This document shows, piece by piece, positions 1 to 8,017 of a stretch of DNA of 64,000 nt. Below the pieces are notes generated by a model that saw only the letters and a program-made list of their open reading frames with translations, did not search any database and was not told the DNA's origin. How positions within the stretch are numbered: the first letter of the stretch is position 1; each line of letters starts with the position of its first letter. The DNA is from an uncultured Bacteroidales bacterium. GTDB lineage: Bacteria > Bacteroidota > Bacteroidia > Bacteroidales > Muribaculaceae. The stretch spans positions 12,584 to 76,583 of the forward strand of contig CAUFFJ010000004.1 in NCBI GenBank assembly GCA_959024545.1, read 5' to 3'. The position numbers and the translations under genes were made by a program.

Positions 1-3000
1 AGCAGCCACACCTCCGGCGCATAGTCCGTAATGCTGCTGGGTGATGTCGCCGAGATTGTAACTGTCGGTAAGGGTCATATATTCCTTGAGGTCGCTGACG
101 ATGCCCGCACACTGTGTATAAGCGCCTTTTACGTTGCCGGTATTATAGAGCCCCGAAGAGACAAGCCTGCGCTCCGACTTGGTCATGATGTCGGAATATA
201 CGCCGAGAGTATGCACGACACCTACGGCACGCTGGTTGGCTGAAGTGATGTCGCCAGTGTTGTAGCAGTCGGTCATGGGCATGTAGCTGGTCAGACCTAC
301 GCCGCTGACGGCGTTCTTGACTGAGAGATTACCTGTGTTGTAGCATCCCTTGATATATCCTGTACCACCTTCGGCAGCGGAATTGAACACGCCGAACACG
401 TTGGAGGCCTCAGGCAGGATGAAGTCGGCTGTATTGGCGCAGTCCTCAAGCACTGCATTGGCAGCCATCGAGCCGACGATGCCGTAGAGATTGGCATTGC
501 CGAGTAAAGTCTTCTCGTTGCGGCACCCGCGGATAGTTCCGGATGTGGAGAGCACGATTCCTGCGTAGTTGCTCTTTAGACGATGGCCTACTTCGCCGCG
601 GTTGATGCAGTTTTCGATAAGGCTGTTCTGGTAAGAATAGTATGCGATACCGGCAGCTGCGGTCTGTCCGCCATCGCTTCCGTTATCGGGCAATACCTTA
701 CCTTCGTTGACGCATCCGCGAATGACGCCTCCGTCATAGAGACGGAATGCTATGCCGCCGACCGAGGTGCTTGAATTGGTGCCTACCAGGCCGCGGTTGA
801 CGCAATTTTCTATAGTACCGTAGACGTGTCCTGCAAATCCACCCATATCACTGTGTCCGCGGATAATTCCGTCGATGGTAAGATTGCGGATTACGCCGGA
901 GTTTCCGAGGCTGCCGAACAGGCCAGTGCCTTTGGCCACGAATTTATTGGGATTATTGGGGTCTATGCGGTTGGCGAATCCGTTGGGATTATCGTAGACG
1001 AATCCTTTCAGGGTCTTGCCGTTGCCGTTGAGGTTGCCCTGGAAGCGGACGCCGTTGTAGGCTACCGGCTGGATGGAGTCGCCTGCGAAGTCGATGTCGC
1101 GTGTAATGATGAAGTGCGAGTTGGGGTATTCCCATCCGGTGGCTGCCACAAACTCGTAGAGCTTTTTCCAGTCGGCTTTGCTCTCGATACGGTATGGATC
1201 AGCCAGAGTGCCTTCGCCGGCAAATACCACGGGCACGGAGTTAATGACGTAAGTCTTCGTGTATCGGCTTCCAAGGTCAGCCGTGAGGGTATCGGCCAGC
1301 ACAGTCGTTCCGGTCGGGGGAACTACATTGAGGGTGCTTCCGGAGATGGAGAAGCCGTTGGAAGTAGCCAGCTCCCATTTGAGACCCGAAGCCTGCGAGA
1401 GCTCTACAGATTCGCGGATATTGGTGCGTATCTGCGAAGGCGCGAATTTCACGAAAATGGAGCGGAGAGCCCTGGAGGCGTCTTCGTTGGCAAACGTCTT
1501 GAGCACGGGATAAGCTCCGGCCTTGAAGTCGAATATATCTGCGCTCAGGCTGCCGACAGTCTTACCACCGGTGAGTTCTGATGTTGAGAGGGGTGTGGTG
1601 CCTTCCACATCGTTGCTCTGCATGCCGCCTGTGAGGTTGATGCTGCCGTCGTAGTAGTTGGCGCTGATTTCTTTTGACGATCCGCGCTGGCCTATGATGG
1701 CTCCGCGGGTTGCGGTCTGGCCGGAGCAGTTGATCTGGCCGTTGTTGATGCAGCCTCTCACTATACCCTCGCATTCGTGCACTACGGCTTTCTGGGGATT
1801 GTTGGGATCGGCTGTCAGATATGATGCCACAGTATAGGCTGCGATACCGCCTACTATTTCATCTCCGTATATCTGTCCGTTGTTGACGCAGTTTTCTATA
1901 AGACCATAGTTGTCGGAAGTAATGCCGCCCACAGAATTCTTTGACTCTTTGGCATTGAACGGAGCTGTGGTGCGGACGGCCACATCGCCGTCGTTCTGGC
2001 ATCGGATTATTCTTGCTCCGTCGTAGTTATAGCCTGAGATACCGCCTGCCACGCTTGTGCCGCAAGTCACGTTGCCGGCGTTGTAGCAGTCAGTGATTAC
2101 GCCTGAGTAATTGATGCCGGCAATGCCGCCTATCTGCCGCTGATGTCCACGCACGTCGGCATAGTTGCGGCAATTCTCGACGCGGCCGCGGTTGAATGCC
2201 ACTATTGCGCCTGAGAATATGTTGAAGTCGAAGCTGCAGTCGGCCGCTATGTTGAGGTTCTTTACGGTAGCGGTCGGATTCAGCTGATTGAAGAGTCCGT
2301 TGTATCCGTTGGGGCAGCTCGGATCGAAGTCGCCGTCAGCCTTGTAGGTGGCCATATCGAGTTTAAGGTTGTGAATCGAGTGTCCGCCGCCGTCGAATGT
2401 GCCTCCGAAACCAGTGCTAATCATAGATCCGTTGCCGAATCCCTTGAAACGTGTGTCGCCGTTGAAGTCGATGTCAGAGGCCATCAGGAAGAAGTCTCCG
2501 GCATGAGGCTGCCGGTGCGTGCTTATGGCTTCATGCAGCTTTACGAAGTCGTCGATAGTCTTGAGCAGATATGGAGAGCGCTCTGTACCGTCGCCGTCAA
2601 AGACTTTGGGCACCACGTCAAGCATATACAGCTTCATGCCGAGGCCGTCGGTAGTGGTGGCACCGACTATGGCCGTGCTGTAGATGTCCTTGACAGTGGC
2701 GAGGCTGCCGTTGAGCGAGAGAGCATCCGATTCAGTGTTGCCTGACTCGCCGTCGAGCGACCATTCCACTTTGGGAGAGCGTCCGAGTACAAACGATACC
2801 TTCACTTTGTTGGCATCGTCGCCTTCGCGCAGTATCAGGGGCACTGATGCCAGTGCTCCGGCGTATGTATCGGCAAAGGTCTTGAGGACGGGATATTTGC
2901 CCGAGGCAATGGCCCAGCGGTCGGCGCTGTATCCTTCCGGCAGGCGGCCGGTGATGTCTCTGGTGTTGCGGCCGAACTTTGCGCAGGGATAGCGGTTTAC

Positions 3001-5319
3001 CTGCTGGTCGAAGAAGCAGTTGGTGAAGCAGATGTCCTCAGGCAGGTCAGGGTATCCTTCTTCGTGGAATGCAAAGCCGAAGAGACCCTTGTTTCCCTCG
3101 GTAGAGGATGACGTGATCTGTCCTGAGTTATAGCAGTTGGTGAAATAGCTCTGCTGTATCATGGATACATTCGGGCCGGAGTGGAGATAGGCGAGCGACA
3201 GCTGTCCGGCGAGACCGCCCACGTTGTCATTGTCGCCGCTCATGATGATTGTGCCCGAGTTCATGCAGTCGTTGACCACGGCTCCTACTGTCAGACCGAA
3301 GAGGCCGCCGGCGTATGAGCTTGTGGACGAGCTGAGGCGGCGTCCGCTGATGGAGGCGGCGTTGATGCAGTTGGTAACAGTGCCGCGTGTGAGCAGACGG
3401 CCTGCCAGGCCACCGATGGCTCCGCGTCCGTAAGTATCTGAAAGTATGCCGATTACCATGCAGTCGCTCATGGTTCCTACCGAGAATACGCCGGCGATGC
3501 CGCCCACGTCGCGGGCCTTGGTCGAGATGAAGCCGTCCATATTGAACTGACCCTCTACCTTGCAGCCGGTGATTTCAGATTCGGATGCCTGCCCGGCGAT
3601 ACCTGCGATGGAGCCCATGCCGGTGATACGGCCGTGGAAAGAGCTGTTCTTCACCGTGCCCTGGAGCAGAGCTCCGCAGATGCCGCCTGTGAGCAGGCCT
3701 GATGTCTGAAGTATGCTGTTGCGTACGGTAACACCTTCGACAGTGCCTTCGCAGCGTCCGGCGACACATCCGATTTCCGTGCCGTTGCCGATAGCCATGA
3801 AGCCATCGAGCACAAGATTGCGCACGGCACCGGCCTTATCGATATAGCCGAACAGTCCGATATAGGGATAGCCCTTGCCGTCGATGCGCAGACCTTTAAC
3901 CGTATGTCCTTTGCCGTCGAAAATACCGGCAAAATGCGTTGTGGCATTTCCGACAGGCACATATTCGGTGACGGGAACTGCCGAGAGGTCGAGGTCAGCG
4001 CCGAGGGCGAAATGGCGTCCTGCGAAAGCATTGCCTCCCTCCACAGCCTGCGAGAGGGCAGTCAGTTCCTTGTAGGTGGATATGAGCCAGGGATCCGCAG
4101 CTGTGCCGCTTCCTTTGAAATCAACGCTTTCGGGCTGGGGGAAAGATATGTCGTAGGTGCCCGTAATCTTTACGTTGGCACGCGCCATCATCAGCATTGA
4201 GGCTGTCTCCTGGTCAGCTACATAGAAGCCTGCAAACGAGAGGGAGCCGTCGGCAGCGGGACGGGCCACAATAGGATTGGCGGTATCGGGCTTGCCGTTA
4301 GCGGTATTGACACCATATATATAAAAGGAGCCGTATATGCTGTGCTGGGCCACAAGCTGTGGCGAAAGTATCACAGTGCCGGCCGTGGTGAGACGGGCGC
4401 TGAGCGATGCCGTCATGCCGTCGAGCAGATGATAGATCATCACCTCATTGGGCGTAGTCTGCTCTACATACATCGGATATGTCACCACGTTGCCGCTTGC
4501 ACCGTCAGTGCCGCTGAATGTGGCATTGGGCACTGCCCATTGGCTGCTTTCGAAAATATTGAATGTAGCTTTGACTTTCTTAGAAGCCTCGTCGATGGCC
4601 ACTACCGCCCATCGGCCGAGAGTTACCTCGCCTTTGTCGTTGATCGTGCCGGCTATGGTGCGGTCGGTGGGTATCGAATATTTACCGTCGGCGCTCACGG
4701 TTACGGCTACTATGTCAATGTTGCCGTAAGCATCATTGTGTCCGAGGGTCTGCTGCGGGAGATAAACGCGCCCGGCAGCCGCGTCGACGGCCATTTTTAC
4801 TTTAGAATCCGTACCCCATTCAAAGAGGTTGGCCACTGTTACAGTGTCTGGGTGCCCGGTGGCTTCGACCGTTACAAGAGCTCCTAACATCTGGCCGTTA
4901 GTCGATTTGTCGCGTGAGATAAACTGTCCCGGCACAGCCTTTCCGGGAGCGCCGGCAGCGGGAGCCTTTATTGGGGCAGGGTCCTGACTGAAAGTGAATG
5001 AAATGCCTTTCAATGGCACGGGTAATGACGGAGAGACCGTAGGCGATTCCATCTGGAAATCGGCTTTTAGTGCCGTGTCGTCTGAGCTTATGGCCATATC
5101 ATCATAGCCAGGTTCCAGGGCGATGGCTTTGGTACGCGTATCCTGTCGGCCGACGGGAGGTGCGGGGATATCCGCAGTCTCGGCAGTCGCAGCTGGCGGA
5201 GCCATGGTCTGACGCAGCTCAGAGATGAAGCCGGTCGAGCCAGGGGCAGTCGTCGCCGCGTAGAGGGCCGGCAACGCCGCCCCCGTAGCAAGCAGGGCAA
5301 TCCTGATTTTTTTATTCAT
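1..5319 (-). CDS. Giant secreted repeat protein (GLUG-type beta-helix modules). It is N-terminally complete, and its C-terminus lies beyond the window start.
   Basis: Manual translation of minus-strand frame from ATG at 5319..5317 gives MNKKIRIALLATGAALPALYAA (signal peptide), then an uninterrupted protein-like reading to position 1. There are at least 3 modules beginning G(S/D/E)GTxxDP(W/Y)xIxT/S..., each followed by many repeats such as IENCVNxGxI / VGG(I/L)AG. No tracked minus ORF uses this frame (low coordinate = 1 mod 3); the track omits it because it has no stop inside the window. Confidence 0.6.
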   Translation of the reverse strand, partial: MNKKIRIALLATGAALPALYAATTAPGSTGFISELRQTMAPPAATAETADIPAPPVGRQDTRTKAIALEPGYDDMAISSDDTALKADFQMESPTVSPSLPVPLKGISFTFSQDPAPIKAPAAGAPGKAVPGQFISRDKSTNGQMLGALVTVEATGHPDTVTVANLFEWGTDSKVKMAVDAAAGRVYLPQQTLGHNDAYGNIDIVAVTVSADGKYSIPTDRTIAGTINDKGEVTLGRWAVVAIDEASKKVKATFNIFESSQWAVPNATFSGTDGASGNVVTYPMYVEQTTPNEVMIYHLLDGMTASLSARLTTAGTVILSPQLVAQHSIYGSFYIYGVNTANGKPDTANPIVARPAADGSLSFAGFYVADQETASMLMMARANVKITGTYDISFPQPESVDFKGSGTAADPWLISTYKELTALSQAVEGGNAFAGRHFALGADLDLSAVPVTEYVPVGNATTHFAGIFDGKGHTVKGLRIDGKGYPYIGLFGYIDKAGAVRNLVLDGFMAIGNGTEIGCVAGRCEGTVEGVTVRNSILQTSGLLTGGICGALLQGTVKNSSFHGRITGMGSIAGIAGQASESEITGCKVEGQFNMDGFISTKARDVGGIAGVFSVGTMSDCMVIGILSDTYGRGAIGGLAGRLLTRGTVTNCINAASISGRRLSSSTSSYAGGLFGLTVGAVVNDCMNSGTIIMSGDNDNVGGLAGQLSLAYLHSGPNVSMIQQSYFTNCYNSGQITSSSTEGNKGLFGFAFHEEGYPDLPEDICFTNCFFDQQVNRYPCAKFGRNTRDITGRLPEGYSADRWAIASGKYPVLKTFADTYAGALASVPLILREGDDANKVKVSFVLGRSPKVEWSLDGESGNTESDALSLNGSLATVKDIYSTAIVGATTTDGLGMKLYMLDVVPKVFDGDGTERSPYLLKTIDDFVKLHEAISTHRQPHAGDFFLMASDIDFNGDTRFKGFGNGSMISTGFGGTFDGGGHSIHNLKLDMATYKADGDFDPSCPNGYNGLFNQLNPTATVKNLNIAADCSFDFNIFSGAIVAFNRGRVENCRNYADVRGHQRQIGGIAGINYSGVITDCYNAGNVTCGTSVAGGISGYNYDGARIIRCQNDGDVAVRTTAPFNAKESKNSVGGITSDNYGLIENCVNNGQIYGDEIVGGIAAYTVASYLTADPNNPQKAVVHECEGIVRGCINNGQINCSGQTATRGAIIGQRGSSKEISANYYDGSINLTGGMQSNDVEGTTPLSTSELTGGKTVGSLSADIFDFKAGAYPVLKTFANEDASRALRSIFVKFAPSQIRTNIRESVELSQASGLKWELATSNGFSISGSTLNVVPPTGTTVLADTLTADLGSRYTKTYVINSVPVVFAGEGTLADPYRIESKADWKKLYEFVAATGWEYPNSHFIITRDIDFAGDSIQPVAYNGVRFQGNLNGNGKTLKGFVYDNPNGFANRIDPNNPNKFVAKGTGLFGSLGNSGVIRNLTIDGIIRGHSDMGGFAGHVYGTIENCVNRGLVGTNSSTSVGGIAFRLYDGGVIRGCVNEGKVLPDNGSDGGQTAAAGIAYYSYQNSLIENCINRGEVGHRLKSNYAGIVLSTSGTIRGCRNEKTLLGNANLYGIVGSMAANAVLEDCANTADFILPEASNVFGVFNSAAEGGTGYIKGCYNTGNLSVKNAVSGVGLTSYMPMTDCYNTGDITSANQRAVGVVHTLGVYSDIMTKSERRLVSSGLYNTGNVKGAYTQCAGIVSDLKEYMTLTDSYNLGDITQQHYGLCAGGVAA

Positions 5320-5540
5320 ACTGATTATTTTTGGTTTGTTAGATAAGGCTTAAGCGGAAAGGGAATTTATCAATTACTTAAGGCTTGTGATAAGATTCGC
5401 AGACAAGCGCCTGACTGCCGAGAGCCGGGCGAAAGGCAACTTATAGTCAACAAAGTTATAAAAAGTGGATTGACTGTGCAAATTCTCCTCAAAAATCTTA
5501 TACTATGATAATAAATTATGTATCTAAATGAAATAGGGAT

Positions 5541-5586
5541 GAAAAAAAGCAGAGCGAATGGCCTGAAAATGGGGCTATTCGCTCTG
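5541..5586 (-). terminator. Rho-independent terminator downstream of rpmE
   Basis: Inverted repeat cagagcgaat/attcgctctg (5550-5559/5577-5586), followed on the minus strand by a U-run (plus-strand A7 at 5542-5548). Confidence 0.55.
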
Positions 5587-5643
5587 TATGGATACCTGCA
5601 TGACCTGTTTGTGAGCCATACGGGTGAAATCCTCTGCGGGGTA

Positions 5644-5895
5644 TCAGTGCTTGCGGTTGCCGTAGCGGCTGCGGAACTTGTCCACACGTCCGGCGGTGTC
5701 GACCAGTTTCTGCTTACCTGTGAAGAAGGGGTGAGATGAGCTGGTGATTTCAAGCTTTACCAGAGGATACTCCTTGCCGTCGATTTCGATGGTCTCGCGT
5801 GAAGCGACAGTAGAACGAGTGATGAAGATCTCATCGTTCGACATATCTTTGAAGACCACTTCCCGATAGTTGGAGGGATGAATGTCTTTTTTCAT
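5644..5895 (-). CDS. rpmE: 50S ribosomal protein L31
   Basis: 83 aa; [17 protein letters not shown]... is the typical L31 N-terminus. Confidence 0.9.
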   Translation of the reverse strand: MKKDIHPSNYREVVFKDMSNDEIFITRSTVASRETIEIDGKEYPLVKLEITSSSHPFFTGKQKLVDTAGRVDKFRSRYGNRKH

Positions 5896-5962
5896 GTTGA
5901 TTTACTGCAGTTTAATTGATTAAATCTTGGCTAAGCAGGTCGCGATCCCGCTTAATGGCCTG

Positions 5963-5970
5963 CAAAATTA
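5963..5970 (-). promoter_or_regulatory. Bacteroidetes sigma-A -7 box (TAATTTTG) for rpmE
   Basis: Plus-strand caaaatta is the reverse complement of TAnnTTTG. A CAAA (-33 TTTG) sits in ggccaaatttccgg at 5988-6001. Confidence 0.5.
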
Positions 5971-6042
5971 GCAATAAATTCTGACCCGGCCAAATTTCCG
6001 GCCTCTTTCACCTCAAAATAACGTGAATTTATTCGCGCATCA

Positions 6043-6572
6043 TTAAATACTATTCGTAGGGATATATTGCTCAATATTGACAGAGGATAGCTTGCTGCCT
6101 TTGGCGATGACCTCCGCTATAAAGGCATTCACATCCTCTTTTGTCATTTTCTTCCTGATGAATGCATAATAGAGAAAATCAATCGTAGTCAGGTATGTTA
6201 TCTGATGATTGGCACAATACTCCCTTATATCCCGGAGATTGCTACTGCCGAGAACATCCTTGCTGTCACGACAATAGACCATGCAGGCACTTTCCCCCTT
6301 GCCTAAAAGAATGTGTTACGAAGTCGCGCATATTCAAATCGAGATTCGCCTTTCGGGTCAAACTTGACATTCACAATGCGTGAGGCAAAGAATTTGAGTG
6401 TATTGTCAATCTGGGTTTTCGTCAACCTGTTTACCGTGACTTCATCATATACCACATCAAGTATCAGATACTGATACTCCGGGAATATGTCAAGGAATAG
6501 GCTGAATTGCCCAGCCTTGACAAAATGGATGATCACATCGGCATCAAGTACGATTTTAGTCTTCGTTGTCAT
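6043..6572 (-). pseudogene. PIN-domain (VapC-like) toxin gene interrupted by a 1-nt frameshift in a T/A homopolymer
   Basis: The N-terminal part is the 89-aa ORF 6303..6572 (MTTKTKIVLDADVIIHF... ...FEYARLRNTFF*). The C-terminal part continues in another frame (HILLGKGESACMVYCRDSKD...ITYLTTIDFLYYAF...) to 6043. One extra T in the tttt run (plus-strand aaaa at ~6297-6300) would join them as ...RNTFFLGKGES... The conserved PIN acidic positions D(9), E(YDEV) and T.D..F are present. Confidence 0.5.
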
Positions 6573-6873
6573 CTATGCCGATTTTGTGTAACAGTTCCAT
6601 GTAGTGCCCTTCGGAAATTTTCTCCTCGTCAAAAAGCCTGCGGGCTTTCTCTCCGAAATCTCCAATCACAAGATTCTCATTGCCCGGCTCATACAAAGCC
6701 GTGTCATAGCCATACTCTCTTGCGGTTTTCTTCACAGGGTATTCCTTGAATGTATCGCGCTCGACACGGTCTATCAGTTTCAGATCATACAGACGGTTGA
6801 GAACGTCTGAGAAAGAAACGGAAAAATAATGTTCTATGCGCAATACCGATGCCAACGACACGCGACCTGCCAT
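6556..6873 (-). CDS. C-terminal domain ORF, in frame with and 3 nt downstream of the ImmA/IrrE peptidase ORF
   Basis: 105 aa. ATG at 6873..6871 lies in the same frame as 6877..7269, separated only by TAA (6879..6877) plus CTG. Confidence 0.4.
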   Translation of the reverse strand: MAGRVSLASVLRIEHYFSVSFSDVLNRLYDLKLIDRVERDTFKEYPVKKTAREYGYDTALYEPGNENLVIGDFGEKARRLFDEEKISEGHYMELLHKIGIDDNED

Positions 6874-6876
6874 CAG

Positions 6877-7269
6877 TTAATCATCAGGAATCATTTGCCT
6901 GACACCATCCGCCGGCATAAGAAACATAAGGGCAAAAGCATCGGCGCACTGCTCCACATCGTTTTTCTTACCCTCTGCCATGCAGTTGTGTGGCATGGGA
7001 TTCGGGTCGATATAAAGATGATAGAGTTCATGGGCTATTGTGAAATGCTGTCGGCATCGGGGATGATTCGAGTTGACAAGCATAAACCGCTTGTCTCCGC
7101 TTTTGAGGCTCATGCCCGAAAAATCTTTTGACAACGGTCTGTATATGGTCAACACGTTCAGTTTCAAGAGCAGGCTTTTGAGATTTACTGCCTCACTGTC
7201 ACTCAACCCTGTCATCTGACGGAATTTAGAGACCTGACTTTCCACAAGATTTAATAACGACGCTTTCAT
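6877..7269 (-). CDS. ImmA/IrrE family Zn-metallopeptidase (COG2856)
   Basis: 130 aa. HEXXH motif (IAHELYHLY) and downstream E..A.AFAL.FLMP motif. Start overlaps the XRE gene stop (ATGA at 7266-7269). Confidence 0.7.
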   Translation of the reverse strand: MKASLLNLVESQVSKFRQMTGLSDSEAVNLKSLLLKLNVLTIYRPLSKDFSGMSLKSGDKRFMLVNSNHPRCRQHFTIAHELYHLYIDPNPMPHNCMAEGKKNDVEQCADAFALMFLMPADGVRQMIPDD

Positions 7270-7601
7270 CTTGCTTCTATTGCCTCCATTTTAAGGTAAG
7301 ACTTTACAATGTCCTTGAAACGCATTATCTCGCCCGCATCCTCAGGGGTAATCCCGTCGATGCGGAACGCGGATGCAAGAATCATGGCATCCACATTATC
7401 GTTTTCCTCAAACATTATTGTCATATCACATCCGAAGAAATCGCTTGCTTTCTCAATGACATCGTAAGGCACCTCTCTGTCGCCCGATTCATAATTGCTG
7501 TAAGCCGAGCGTGTGATGCCAAGAGCCTGTGCCAGTTCATCCTGAGTATAGCGTGAAGTCTCTCTTAATTTCTTTAGATTCTGGGCGATTGTCTTGTCCA
7601 T
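7266..7601 (-). CDS. XRE-family helix-turn-helix transcriptional regulator
   Basis: 111 aa; ...LKKLRETSRYTQDELAQALGITRSAYSNYESGDREVPYDVIEK... is a typical HTH_XRE. Confidence 0.75.
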   Translation of the reverse strand: MDKTIAQNLKKLRETSRYTQDELAQALGITRSAYSNYESGDREVPYDVIEKASDFFGCDMTIMFEENDNVDAMILASAFRIDGITPEDAGEIMRFKDIVKSYLKMEAIEAR

Positions 7602-7780
7602 ATCATGATTGTTTCGTGTGGCAAAGTTACTAAATCTTTTTCATATATCAACGATTTGCCACGCTTAAATGTTGCCGCTTAAATGATGCAAACAGCTTTC
7701 CCCATATTCTTGGAAGTGTTGTAATTACCAATGTGAGATGGTTGGATACAACAAAAGCCTGATTGCTCAGGCTTTATTGC

Positions 7781-7866
7781 GGAGAGACAGGGATTCGAAC
7801 CCTGGGTGCCTAAAAGGCACAACGGTTTTCGAGACCGCCCCGATCGACCACTCCGGCATCTCTCCT
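7781..7866 (-). tRNA. tRNA-Ser (anticodon CGA)
   Basis: Minus-strand sequence GGAGAGATGCCGGAGTGGTCGATCGGGGCGGTCTCGAAAACCGTTGTGCCTTTTAGGCACCCAGGGTTCGAATCCCTGTCTCTCCG. Acceptor stem, 7-nt anticodon loop CTCGAAA, long variable arm and T-arm GGTTCGAATCC are all present. Confidence 0.85.
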
Positions 7867-7889
7867 CGGTCGTTTTTGATAGCGGATGC

Positions 7890-7897
7890 AAAGTTAA
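7890..7897 (-). promoter_or_regulatory. -7 box (TAACTTTG) for tRNA-Ser
   Basis: Plus-strand caaagtta lies 24 nt upstream of the tRNA 5' end. A -33-like CAAA is in gctgccaaattttttt (7915-7927). Confidence 0.5.
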
Positions 7898-8017
7898 GCA
7901 CTTTTTTGTGAGCTGCCAAATTTTTTTGCTTGTTTTTGCGAATGCCGGCGCGATTTGGCCTTGTTTTGGCTTTGTTTCTGTCCGGATATTGCCTCAATGC
8001 TGCCGTCGACAACGCCT

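Noticed and set aside
826-5300. Numerous 60-250-aa ORFs on both strands within 1..5319
   Set aside because: All overlap the single long minus-strand frame that encodes the giant repeat protein. They are alternate-frame or antisense artefacts of repetitive GC-rich coding DNA.
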